A DNA stretch of 64,000 bases from Macrostomum hystrix (lineage: Eukaryota > Animalia > Platyhelminthes). The stretch lies in contig CATNEN010000037.1 of assembly GCA_950097015.1 (NCBI GenBank), forward strand, positions 3,720,001 to 3,784,000. Direction: 5' to 3'. How positions within the stretch are numbered: position 1 is the stretch's first letter; each line of letters starts with the position of its first letter. The translations under genes and the position numbers were made by a program. The notes under the pieces are model-generated. The model made no database searches. It had not been told where the DNA came from and saw nothing but the letters and a program-made list of their open reading frames with translations. Positions 1 through 10,916 of the stretch are shown in pieces.

Positions 1-2030
1 CTCCCCTGTCTCACCTTTCCCATGTCTTACATTTCCCTTGTCTCATCTCTCCCTTGTCTCATCTCTCCCTTGTCTCATCTCTCCCTTGTCTCATCTCTCC
101 CTTGTCTCATCTCTCCCTTGTCTCATCTCTCCCTTGTCTCATCTCTCCCTTGTCTCATCTCTCCCTTGTCTCATCTCTCTCTTGTCTCATCTCTCCCTTG
201 TCTCATCTCTCCCTTGTCTCATCTCTCCTGTGTATTCTCTCTCCCCTGTCTTATCTCTCCCTTGTCTCATCTCTCCCGTGTCTCATCTCTCCTTTGTCTC
301 ATCTCTCCCCTGTCTCATCTCTCCCGTGTCTCATCTCTCGTTTGTCTCATATCTCCCTTGTCTCATCTCTCCTGTGTATTATCTCTCCCCTGTCTCATCT
401 CTCCTGTGTCTCATCTCTCCCGTGTCTCATCTCTCCCTTGTCTCGTCTCTCTTTTGTCTCATCTCTCCTGTGTATTATCTCTCCCCTTTCTCATCTCTCC
501 CGTGTCTCATCTCTCCTTTGTCTCATCTCTCCCTTGTCTCATCTCTCCTGTGTATTATCTCTCCCCTGTCTCATCTCTCCCCTTTCTCATCTCTCCCGTG
601 TCTCATCTCTCCTTTGTCTCATCTCTCCCCTGTCTCATCTCTCCCGTGTCTCATCTCTCCCCTGTCTCATCTTTCCCGTGTCTCATCTCTCGTTTGTATC
701 ATCTCTCCCGTGTCTCATCTCTCCCCTGTCTCATCTTTCCCGTGTCTCATCTCTCGTTTGTATCATCTCTCCCGTGTCTCATCTCTCCCCTGTCTCATCT
801 CTCCTTTGTCTCATCTCTCCCCTGTCTCATCTCTCCCCTGTCTCATCTCTCGTTTGTCTCATATCTCCCTTGTCTCATCTCTCCTGTGTATTATCTCTCC
901 CCTGTCTCATCTCTCCTGTGTCTCATCTCTCCCGTGTCTCATCTCTCCCTTGTCTCGTCTCTCTTTTGTCTCATCTCTCCTGTGTATTATCTCTCCCCTG
1001 TCTCATCTCTCCCGTGTCTCATCTCTCCCTTGTCTCGTCTCTCTTTTGTCTCATCTCTCCTGTGTATTATCTCTCCCCTGTCTCATCTCTCCTGTGTCTC
1101 ATCTCTCCTGTGTCTCATCTCTCCCTTGTCTCGTCTCTCTTTTGTCTCATCTCTCCTGTGTATTATCTCTCCCCTTTCTCATCTCTCCCGTGTCTCATCT
1201 CTCCTTTGTCTCATCTCTCCCTTGTCTCATCTCTCCTGTGTATTATCTCTCCCCTGTCTCATCTCTCCCCTTTCTCATCTCTCCCCTGTCTCATCTCTCC
1301 TGTGTCTCATCTCTCCTGTGTCTCATCTCTCCCTTGTCTCGTCTCTCTTTTGTCTCATCTCTCCTGTGTATTATCTCTCCCCTTTCTCATCTCTCCCGTG
1401 TCTCATCTCTCCTTTGTCTCATCTCTCCCTTGTCTCATCTCTCCTGTGTATTATCTCTCCCCTGTCTCATCTCTCCCCTTTCTCATCTCTCCCCTGTCTC
1501 ATCTCTCCTGTGTCTCATCTCTCCTGTGTCTCATCTCTCCCTTGTCTCGTCTCTCTTTTGTCTCATCTCTCCTGTGTATTATCTCTCCCCTGTCTCATCT
1601 CTCCCCTTTCTCATCTCTCCCGTGTCCCATCTCTCCTTTGTCTCATCTCTCCCCTGTCTCATCTCTCCTGTGTATTATCTCTCCCCTGTCTCATCTCTCC
1701 CGTGTCTCATCTCTCCCTTGTCTCATCTCTCCCGTGTCTCATCTCTCCCCTTTCTCATCTCTCCCGTGTCTCATCTCTCCTTTGTCTCATCTCTCCCCTG
1801 TCTCATCTCTCCTGTGTATTATCTCTCCCCTGTCTCATCTCTCCCGTGTCTCATCTATCCCTTGTCTCATCTCCCCCCTGTCTCATGTCTCCCCTGTCTC
1901 ATCTATCCCTTGTCTCATCTCCCCCCTGTCTCATGTCTCCCCTGTCTCATCTCTCCCCTGTCTTATCTCTCCCCTGTCTTATGTCTCCCATGTCTTTCCC
2001 CCCCCCCTTTCTCATCTCTCCCCTCTCTCC
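1..2030. repeat. 16-bp minisatellite (TGTCTCATCTCTCCCY), runs off the window start
   Basis: Over 120 tandem units with recurring variant blocks; produces the spurious ORFs 22..2043, 38..2053 and 54..2033. Confidence 0.97.
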
Positions 2031-2779
2031 TGAATTCTCCTGAAACGACCTGATTCCTAAATTTCGTGTCCCTCGAAACAAACAATATTCGATCGTCGGT
2101 ACTGCTGGCTGGCTTAGCTGGCTTAGTGAGTAGTTTGAATTGCGCTCAACGCTAACTTTGGATTCATTAGTGTGCTCAATCCCAAAGGCATTTTGGCCCA
2201 GCGCACAGCCAGTGCGGCGGCATCGGAATCCCCCCACCCCACCTGCTCATCCGGGCGGAGGTTGGCCAATGCTGGCGCCACTCCGGACTCCGGGAGGGCC
2301 GCAGACCCCGAAGGATAAATCGGGAGCCAGCGGCTGCAGCCGGAGGAAAGATTCGCAGCCAAACCGATCAGCTCGCAAGCCCTCTGCAGTTTGTCCAGTC
2401 CTCCAGCGAATTCTTTGCCCCGAAGACTTGCTTTCCTTTAGATTGAGGAGCGCCATAGCGATTGGAAATTACCGGTCGAGAATTTCTGGTAAGCAAAGCA
2501 AATTGGAGTCCGGCATGGACACTGCTAGATTAGCTGCATGCATTATGGAGGAAGCTGAGCAGTTAGTTTACTCTGCTAAGGCTGTGTCACGGGTCGCATT
2601 TTCCGCCTGCAAACATCAGAAAGCTCATTGGCCTAAATCAATTTTCCTTCGAATTCTGGAGTTTATTTTAGATTTGTTTGGAGCTTTTCAAATCCGGCCT
2701 CACGGGATTTCTATTCTAACGAACTTGCCAACACTCGCGTAACTTGCTTGCAGGAAAAATCTGCACAGTCGAGAACAAG

Positions 2780-5700
2780 ATGTTCAAGTCACTTCTCGTG
2801 CAGCTCTGCGTTGCATTCGGTAAGCTGTACGTTGAGTTAGTTTGAGACGCATGAATTTGATAGAAAGCCTGTGATTTTCAGTTCTGAGCAAACCTTTCTC
2901 TTCAAACAGTGCTTGCGCAGAAGATGGGAAATGCAATTAGCGTTTTCTTTTCTTTAATGCCAGACGGCGCTTTGCCAACACCGCCCTTAGCAACAGGCCT
3001 TCCTGTGTTGGGATCCCAGCCAGGAAGTGTTGCCCGGAGGCGGTCGAATCGCAATCTGAGTGAAAACTTTCTCATGCGAATCAAAGAAAGTCCTTCCGCT
3101 CTAGTCGTTTGTGTGGTTCTCTTGAAAGCGTTTTTCTTCAAGCCGTCTTTCTTTCGATAAAAAACTCTTTTGTAAAACCGAGACAGACGAACTGGAGGCC
3201 CAAAGTAGGACTATTTTCTCTTTGAATAAGAATCAAACATTTTAATATAAATGAGATCAGTTGTTATACCGTGGGTCACAGGGCAGCTGTAGATATTTGA
3301 CATTTCACACAGCTACTGCACATTATTAAATGAATATTTTCCGCTCCTCTGTCAGTAAGCCATGGATTGGAATTCGACATAGATTAAATGCAAACAGACT
3401 GCCTTATTGCTGCAGCTTCAAAGAATATTTATTTTCTAATTAATTAATACGATAGCAACGGTTGGACCATCATCGCTGCGCATACCTAGTGTGTGATCAT
3501 GCAGTGAAGTCCATGAGCTTGGAAGAGCAACTTTGAAATAGGTGATGCACTGCTAAATTTAAAAAAATTCTCTCGGGGCCTATTGAGTTTAGTCTGAATG
3601 GCAGCTGCATGATGGGTTTGTCTGCTCCGTTGCTGCCACAGCCAGGCCTATTGAAGCGTGAATTTCACAGACCGGAACAATTGCGCTTAGCTGTTTGAAA
3701 AAACGGAAGAAGTCGAAGAAATCAGGGTCTCAACAGGATATTTGCTGACGGCTGGCTGGGGCTCCATGCCACTTGATGACAGCCTTGCTGATGAGAAAAT
3801 TATACTTCGCAAAAATTCTACGGAGAGACCGCATGGTTTGACGGTTGACGAGGACTGATGGCTTTCAAGAGAGCAATCAACAGGTGACACTTGCTAGTGC
3901 GCGCATTTTGTGCTGCGTTTTTAGAAAGGTTGTAGAGCTTGTAGCCTAGTGGTTAGGGCGTCGGACTCACGACTTGAAGGTCGGGGGTTCGATTCCCGAC
4001 TCCACTGAAACAATATGTGTCCTTTAGCATGACACTTAACTCTGCATTGCTTCAGTTCACCCAGATGTTGAATTGGTACCAGCATCAGCTGGGATAATTG
4101 AAGGTGGGTGTGGCGTCCCCCCAGTCCATGGACTGAACAGCCGTACGCAGCCTTCAGATGCGCCGCGCAATAGCTGCGGCTGTGCTGCCGGCTGCACATC
4201 TGGCCCGATTGGGACAGGTGTAATAAATTATTATTTATTATTCATTATTTAGAAAGCGTTTTGCAGTAAAATGATTACGCTATTTTTCCCGCTGGGGAAA
4301 GACTATAGGGGTAGCCAAATGACCGATTTTCGTGAAAGTCCACCATCTGAACCAATTTTTATTCGGCCCTTTACGATCAACTAGCTACTCGTAACTTTCA
4401 ACGCTGTTCTTATAGCCGACATGGTTAATAAAAAAATAATAATTTCAGGAGGGCTGCGGGCAATGACACATAGTTTGGTGACACTAGACCCGCAGCCAGC
4501 GAGGAGGCAATTCTGCCCATTTCGCTGACTCCTGAGCACACACTCACACAGACACTGTACGCAGGCACACGCTCACACAGGTGTGTACATCTGCCCTGAC
4601 TTTCTCATCATCAGGCAGTGTATATTCCACTGTGCCTTGGAGGTTGGCCCTCAAGGGCGTAAATGCACGACAAGTCACCAAGCCTTCACTCCACGGCTGC
4701 ACCCCAAATAAATGTGGCCTCGCCGTGGAATCGAACCTAGGGACCTTAGTGCGAGACGTAAACGCGTTAACCGCTCTGCAACCGACCCCCAGCCGACATG
4801 GTTACTTGATGAAACTTTGCGAACAGAAAAATCATGCCTATATTTTTGTGGTTTTTGTCACCAGACACCCCGACGGGAATCGTTGAATATCTGGACGATG
4901 CCGATGTTTTGGGATTCTGGAAGTTATTTCAACGGATAAAGTGGAAAGTTTTAACCTGTATTCTGGATTTTCCTGGCGATGGGTTTAATATTTTGGGATA
5001 TTCAAATAACAAACAACAACCAAGGCCGATTGTCTGCTTACAGTATCGACACGTAATGATTGTTGCTGATATCAAGCCTATGTCCAAAACTAACCATCCA
5101 ACCAACCCTCACAGCCTTGGTGGCCATCTGCATGTCGCGCCCTCTTAACGAAGAGAGTCACCTGGCTGAATCGGAGGAGGATCATCAGTGAGTAGTGCTC
5201 AAATCAATCTACCTTGCTAACTGCCAAGCTTTTTAATTTAATTTGTAAAAGCCGTCTGCTCTCGGGAAAAAATTCAAGCATTTAATTTACTAATGGTTCA
5301 TTGGAAATTTTCCTGTTTCCAATTTTCAGACAAAACAAAGAAACATTTCATTGATGACAGCACATAGCTCGTGTTTCGTGATATTTTCATTGTTTTAATG
5401 CTATAGTCTCATGCGCTTCTCTGGAGAGCGAAAAGTTACTAAATTGCTCTCGTGGGATTCGGAGCAATTCTTTAGAAAAATGAAGGAGGCTGGACATTGC
5501 CGCTATATATAATTTCCATTCAGTCTGGAGAATTCAGACTGGGCAATTTTTCCCAATTTCGGACATGAGGATTCCATGATGGAATAGAATGTGTATTCTA
5601 AAGAGTTTTATATAGGCCTCAGCAACCAGATGATCAGAGTGACGATCAGAGACGTGTCACACCCAGGATTTTCATCCGACAGGGCCAGATCTGTCGTGAA

Positions 5701-7140
5701 ACAGATCCTTGCTCTATAAGTGGGTCAAATTTTCATTTCCTTTCCTAACATCATTCGATGCTATCTGTAATCACAAACAAACTTCTGGTCAACATTTCGC
5801 TGTCTAAAAGCAAAAGCATGCATATCTGGGCAACAGATTTTTTCAGCCGAACTTTCCATCGTTCCCTCTACTAATAGAATATTAATAAGCAAAACAGGTC
5901 TCTGGGCGCTCTCTTTTTCAAGCCCGTAGGGCCACCCACTGCCCTACCAGTGCGGCGTCTACCCACCGGTGGCTGTTCTCCCCGATAGCGACAGGAAAAC
6001 ACTTGTCGGCTTTTCCTCAGCACTGCCTTGCTGAATCTCTCTTCCATATTTCTGTTTTAAGTTTCTCTAAATCAACTTGTTTTTGTTGTTACAGACAAAC
6101 ATAGTCTATAACATGCAGCTGCGATCAATTGATATTTCCTAATTCACGTCAATCGCTTCTGGAAGTATTTTGCTCCTAAAAGGCAAAATGCGCGCTTTAT
6201 CTCCCTCGTACTCAACGGTGTCTCAAGCCGTTCCTTCTTCCTGCCCAAAAGCGCACTCGCTCTGTCCATCATATCGGACGCTGTGCCCGTAGGCAGGCCA
6301 GTCTTTTATGACCCCGCCGTAATGGACAGCTGGGGGGACACTCCGGGCGCGTATTATTTTAGTAGTGAGGCCGACCCGGGTGGGTCGTTTCTTCAATCTG
6401 ATGATGGCCTCTCAGTTCGCATTGCACTCTTGCCTTGCCGTATATTATGTAGTTACGGCTCTTCTATAAACTGGCCTTGTAGCTGACCCAGGCAGATGAT
6501 GATAGGAGCATTGCATTCTGCTGTGAGATTTCACACGGGATCCTTTAAGTAGCTTATAGATGCAGTTTTTATCTACTCAACAGAGGATGCATGTTGATTT
6601 ATTCAACTCACTTCCCTACTGAGCAACATTAAAATCAATGTGAAAAAGAATTAAAATGATGCCCAATCTCATGGCAGGGCGATTAAAAAATCATCTGGAA
6701 ATTTGCTCTGTTTTTCGACCGAATTCGAAAGATGTCGAAATTCGGAATAGCTGTTGACACATTGCTTTGAGCTACTGACTTCTGACTTAGAGGTCGGGAG
6801 TTCGAATCTCATGGGTTCAAACAGATGTACAATGGGTACCAACATCAGGCCCAACTCGGTTTGGTGCCCTTTTGATCTTCTATTTATAGCTCGTATATTA
6901 GATACGAGTACATATAAGTGCACCCCTAAACTATCCTAAATTAGTCACATTTATTAAAACTAAACCACCTTTTACCGCTTCGCCAGTGGGAAGCGCGCCT
7001 GGCCAGTTCGCTACATGTCGGGCGGCGGCCTGATGGAGATCAAACGATCCGACGACTTCAGCGAGCGCCTTCTGGCCGAGCTCACCAAACTGTTGCGCCA
7101 GCGGCAGCGGGAGAAGAGCACCCTAATTAACGGCAACTAA
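2780..7140 (+). CDS. Secreted prepropeptide (neuropeptide/peptide-hormone-like), 88 aa, 3 coding exons
   Basis: Exons 2780-2819, 5115-5187, 6987-7140 with GT-AG sites and matching phases (1, 2). Product MFKSLLVQLCVAFALVAICMSRPLNEESHLAESEEDHHGKRAWPVRYMSGGGLMEIKRSDDFSERLLAELTKLLRQRQREKSTLINGN: signal peptide, acidic spacer, G-KR and KR sites. Confidence 0.8.
3929..4247 (+). mobile_element. tRNA-derived SINE, family B, full length
   Basis: A-box (TAGCCTAGTGG) and B-box (GGTTCGATTCC) head; central GTGTCCTTTAGCATGACACTT...CACCCAG...TGGTACC resembling the MetaSINE-type core as recalled; (TTA)n tail; direct repeat TTTAGAAAG at 3920-3928 and 4248-4256. Confidence 0.85.
4428..4790 (-). mobile_element. 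tRNA-derived SINE, family A, full length
   Basis: tRNA-like head on the minus strand (GCAGAGCGG...GGTTCGATTCC); 14-bp TSD AGCCGACATGGTTA at 4414-4427 and 4791-4804; homologous copies at 8319, 14065 and 32897. Confidence 0.9.
6765..6860 (+). mobile_element. Degenerate SINE-B-like fragment
   Basis: GAGGTCGGGAGTTCGAATCTC B-box-like segment followed by AATGGGTACCAACATCAG, similar to the 3929 copy. Confidence 0.45.
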
Positions 7141-8318
7141 CATGCTGGTCTGAGCGGTTCAAGGCTTCGCATTACATTGTGAACTATAAACTCGAGTGTC
7201 TCCGACTGTTCTATGTTATTCACTCTGCGCTAAGTTAATCCTCTTTTAAGGACATATTGTCCTCTAAGCGACTAACATTGATGAACAAGTTTACTTTGCC
7301 TTTTTTGCTCTTATCGATTAAAATTCAGACAGCCAATCAAATTTCAGTACAGGGTAAGGAAGGTGGAGGGGGGTTGACTGACGTGAGGTGGCTGGCTGTG
7401 GAGGATAGAAAAAATAGCAGCAGCCAATGGGCACGAGGACAGTGAATTTTGTTCATCAATGGGTTTATAAAAATTGTGACGCACCCTTCGAAAGAATGCG
7501 AATTAATATAAAACTACAACTAGCCTATCTGTCTGTAAGATTTAGTGTATGACTAATCTGAAACACCAATTGGATTTGACATAAAAATATAACAAAAGTA
7601 CAAATAAAACGCAGAATCTTCTGCCCCAAAACAGCACCATTAGTTCTGCAGAGCTTCTGCCGCAGCCGCCGGAAATGGTCGTGCAACTATAATATCTGTC
7701 TGTTTATGTCTGCCTGTTTCTGAGAAACAAGGATAGAAAAAGTATCTAAGAAAGACTCAAAAAGCAAAGTGACAGGCAACAGGAAGGCTATCTGCCGCTC
7801 AGCTCCATCCACAAAAAATGTCTATTTTACGCGCGTGGCAAATTTTTTAAATCCAGAAATGTATCGCTGTTGAAACAAATGAGCAAACAATTTAAAGTTC
7901 TCAGCTTCAGCATTCTCCATCAGCACATGCTCATTTTCCTGCTCTTCAAAAGTGTCGCCATTCAGCGTCTTTTTCTCAGCGAATGAAAAAAAACACAAAA
8001 TAATGGCACTGAAGTGGGGGCCATGTTACATTTTTCACTTCCACTACTCGCATGCAAGCCCTTTAAAGGAGAGGAATTCTCCTAAAAGCCAAGTGGGAAA
8101 TAAGGCTGTCGAGGAAGAAAAGGCGACGGTGCGACATTTGGGGTCGTTCCTCCGCCAAGCTCAAAACTCAAACTCAAACTTGACTCAAACTGCTCCGCAT
8201 TTAACTCGCAAAGATAATTTGAATATAACGGAGTCTCTGTATGGAGTTAAAAATAAAATGTTCCTACAGACAAGAAATAAACTTCAGAGTTCAATAAATA
8301 TTTGAGTATCATTACTCT

Positions 8319-8635
8319 GGGTGAGTGGCAGAGCGGTTAACGCATTTGCCTCTCGCACCAAGGTCCCTGAGCTCGATTCCGCGGCGAGGCCACATTTTTT
8401 TGGTCTGCAGCCACGGAGAGAAGGCTTGGGGGCTTGCCGTGCAACTTGCGCCCTCGAGGCCTAACCTCCAAGACACAGTGATAGTGGAACACTGCCCGAC
8501 GATGAGAAAGTCAGGGCAGATGTACACACCTGTGAGTATGTGCCTGCGTACGTTTTCTGTGTGCGTGTGTGCTCAGGAGTCAGCGGAATGGGCAGAATTG
8601 CCTCCCAGTCCATGGACTGAACAGCCGTACGCAGC
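8319..8635 (+). mobile_element. Chimeric SINE (family A body with a family B segment at the 3' end)
   Basis: 8319-8605 aligns to family A; 8604-8635 is identical to 4120-4151 of family B. Confidence 0.8.
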
Positions 8636-9240
8636 AAAAATGTTGCAAAAATGTACACGAAAATGACTAAACGACTAAAAATACTAAGTTATTGCAATTA
8701 ATCGAAACCGTTAAAAGAAATTAAATTAAGCGAACATTTTATTTATGCAGCTCGTACACTTGCATCACTCTAAAAATATTCCGAATAAATCTATCATGCA
8801 ATATCAAAATGCCTCAATGAGACACGTATTTCATAGTTCAGAAAATGTCGGTTTCTATTGCCATGAAAAACGAATTTAATGAAGCAAGACCAGTACGAAG
8901 CACATAATCTGTGCTGTTAAACTCGGCAGAAGTGAGCCACAATGAGGTCCGCTTCGCCAGACACATCCAGGCTGCTGACCCTGCCCCACACAGATTTGAG
9001 CTGTTCTCGGCTGGCTTGGAACACTGGACGGTGACAGATGAACACCTAAAGTGTTGACAGCTCGCATGTACTCAAGTAATGATGGATTAGCATGTGCAGA
9101 GTGGCTCATGTATCAAAGTCTATGCTTGAAAATGTCGGATATTGTTAAGAAAACACGGCTACACTTGATACAATTCACCTAGATTGATATTTCTGATACA
9201 TACGATTAATGACTCGTAATTTAACTCATCAGTGCCTAAC

Positions 9241-9657
9241 CAAGGACCACTATTATTAGAAGGAAATGACGGGAAACTGAATTTTCTTAGAGTAGTTTAT
9301 ATAAGAGGCTGGTATTCGCCAGAAAGTCACTACGGAGACTGTTTTTTAATCAATTTCTGCCTAGTTTTTTTGTGATAGTATAGATTTAATATACATTTAT
9401 CCTTTCTCTACATTTTCTTCTTGAAACAAGAAAACCACACAGAAACTGCTCGTAGCTTTCTGTTTTCTGCGATATCTGATCAGTGATCAAGTTAGTTAAT
9501 TTATAATTTTATTATAGAACATTACTTCTATAAAAAATATATAATAAAATTTCTATAATAATTTTTTTGTGAAGAAAACAGGAAAAATATTGTCCCTGAG
9601 TAATTTTTTTGGCGAAAACAAGCCCCCAAAACATTTTTCTAAGAAACGTGGTCCTTG
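9241..9657. mobile_element. Old MITE-like element, CAAGG-starting TIRs (possibly P superfamily)
   Basis: Left CAAGGACCAC...TTAGAA..AAATG; right end reverse complement CAAGGACCACGTTTCTTAGAAAAATG; flanks TGCCTAAC / AGCGTAAC (6 of 8 identical). Confidence 0.6.
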
Positions 9658-10156
9658 AGCGTAACTCAAGCCAACTATCAGCTATTCTCAGGTGCAGCTC
9701 TCCTCTCACCCAGAGCTCATAGAGTGATTGGATTCAAGCTGTCAGCTATGAGCCAGGAAGCTGTCAATTTCCGACTGATGGCGGGCAGAGGAAGAGCATC
9801 CGATTGAGCTGGCTATTCTGCCGCAGGGAAAGTTTGTTCACTTCTGATAGTCTATGTTGCTTCACAATAAACAGGCGGGTGTTTGGTGAAATTCAATAAG
9901 CTTCACTACCTGAGACTGCAATCCAAAATTCCTGCTTTAACATTCGTTCAATACTTTCGAGTTTTGTCTTTGAAGAATTTGTCCATTCTGAAAGCGAAAC
10001 AAAAATTCATCACCTATGTTAGGTGTCCGCTTTCGCTGCTTCTAAATAGTTAACGGGTTCGATTTCTCTTTTTGTGAAGGTGACAAAGCGAATAGCGAAA
10101 TTCAAAGCTAAGAAAACGACGGGGCGTAAATAAGAACTGTGTGATTCAGAGCTAGG

Positions 10157-10895
10157 AACAGTGCAGGTGGGGAATGATGCAGGTGAGGAATGATGAAGAG
10201 TGAGGAATGACGCAGGTGGGGAATGATGACGGTGGAGAATGATGCAGGTGGGGAATGATACATATGGGGAATGATACATATGGGGAGTGATACAGATGGG
10301 GAATGATACAGATGGGGAATGATACAGATGGGAAATGATACATATGGGGAGTGATACAGATGGGGAATGATACAGATGGGGAATGATACATATGGGGAAT
10401 GATACATATGGGGAGTGATACAGATGGGGAATGATACAGATGGGGAATGATACATATGGGGAATGATACAGATGGGGAATGATACAGATGGGAAATGATA
10501 CATATGGGGAGTGATACAGATGGGGAATGATACAGATGGGGAATGATGCAGGTGGGGAATGATACAGATGGGGAATGATACATATGGGGAGTGATACAGA
10601 TGGGGAATGATACAGATGGGGAATGATGCAGGTGGGGAATGATGCAGGGGGGGATGATGCAGGGGGGGAATGATGCAGGTGGGGAATGATGCAGGTGGGG
10701 AATGATGCAGGGGGGGAATGATGCCGGGGAGAATGATGCAGGTGAGGGAATGATGCAGGTGGGGAATGATGCAGGTGAGGAATGATGCCGGGGAGAATGA
10801 TGCAGGTGAGGGAATGATGCAGGTGGGGAATGATGCAGGTGGAGAATGATGCAGGTGAGGAATGATGCAGGTGGGGAATGATGAAGGTGAGGAAC
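10157..10895. repeat. 16-bp minisatellite (GGGGAATGATGCAGGT / GGGGAATGATACAGAT) in galectin intron
   Basis: About 45 tandem units directly after the exon ending at 10917. Confidence 0.95.
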
Positions 10896-10916
10896 GATAC
10901 ATGAAAGGGGTCTCAC

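Noticed and set aside
22-2053. Long ORFs over repeat arrays (also 10108-11072, 11670-13364, 52216-53443, 61174-61811, 62538-63944)
   Set aside because: They are stop-free translations of minisatellites, open in several frames at once, and most lie in introns of well-supported genes
3687-3890. Coding-looking stretch in intron 1 of the peptide gene
   Set aside because: No phase-compatible splice path and no recognisable homology on either strand
3929-4005. tRNA gene (also heads near 4790, 8319, 37540)
   Set aside because: The acceptor stem is imperfect and each continues into a shared SINE body with tail and TSD
4480-4515. HDV-like ribozyme: minus strand GCCTCCTCGCTGGC matches the HDV P3/L3 segment as recalled
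   Set aside because: No upstream P1 partner, no GG for P1.1 after a 7-nt P1, and no convincing P2; other copies vary within this segment
4588-4625. Hammerhead core (CTGATGA...GAAA on the minus strand of SINE A)
   Set aside because: No stem II between the motifs; other copies read CCGACGA or CTGACGT and fit a simple hairpin
7480-7900. Possible Helitron/DINE-like element (CTGTCTGT motifs)
   Set aside because: No diagnostic termini or second copy in the window
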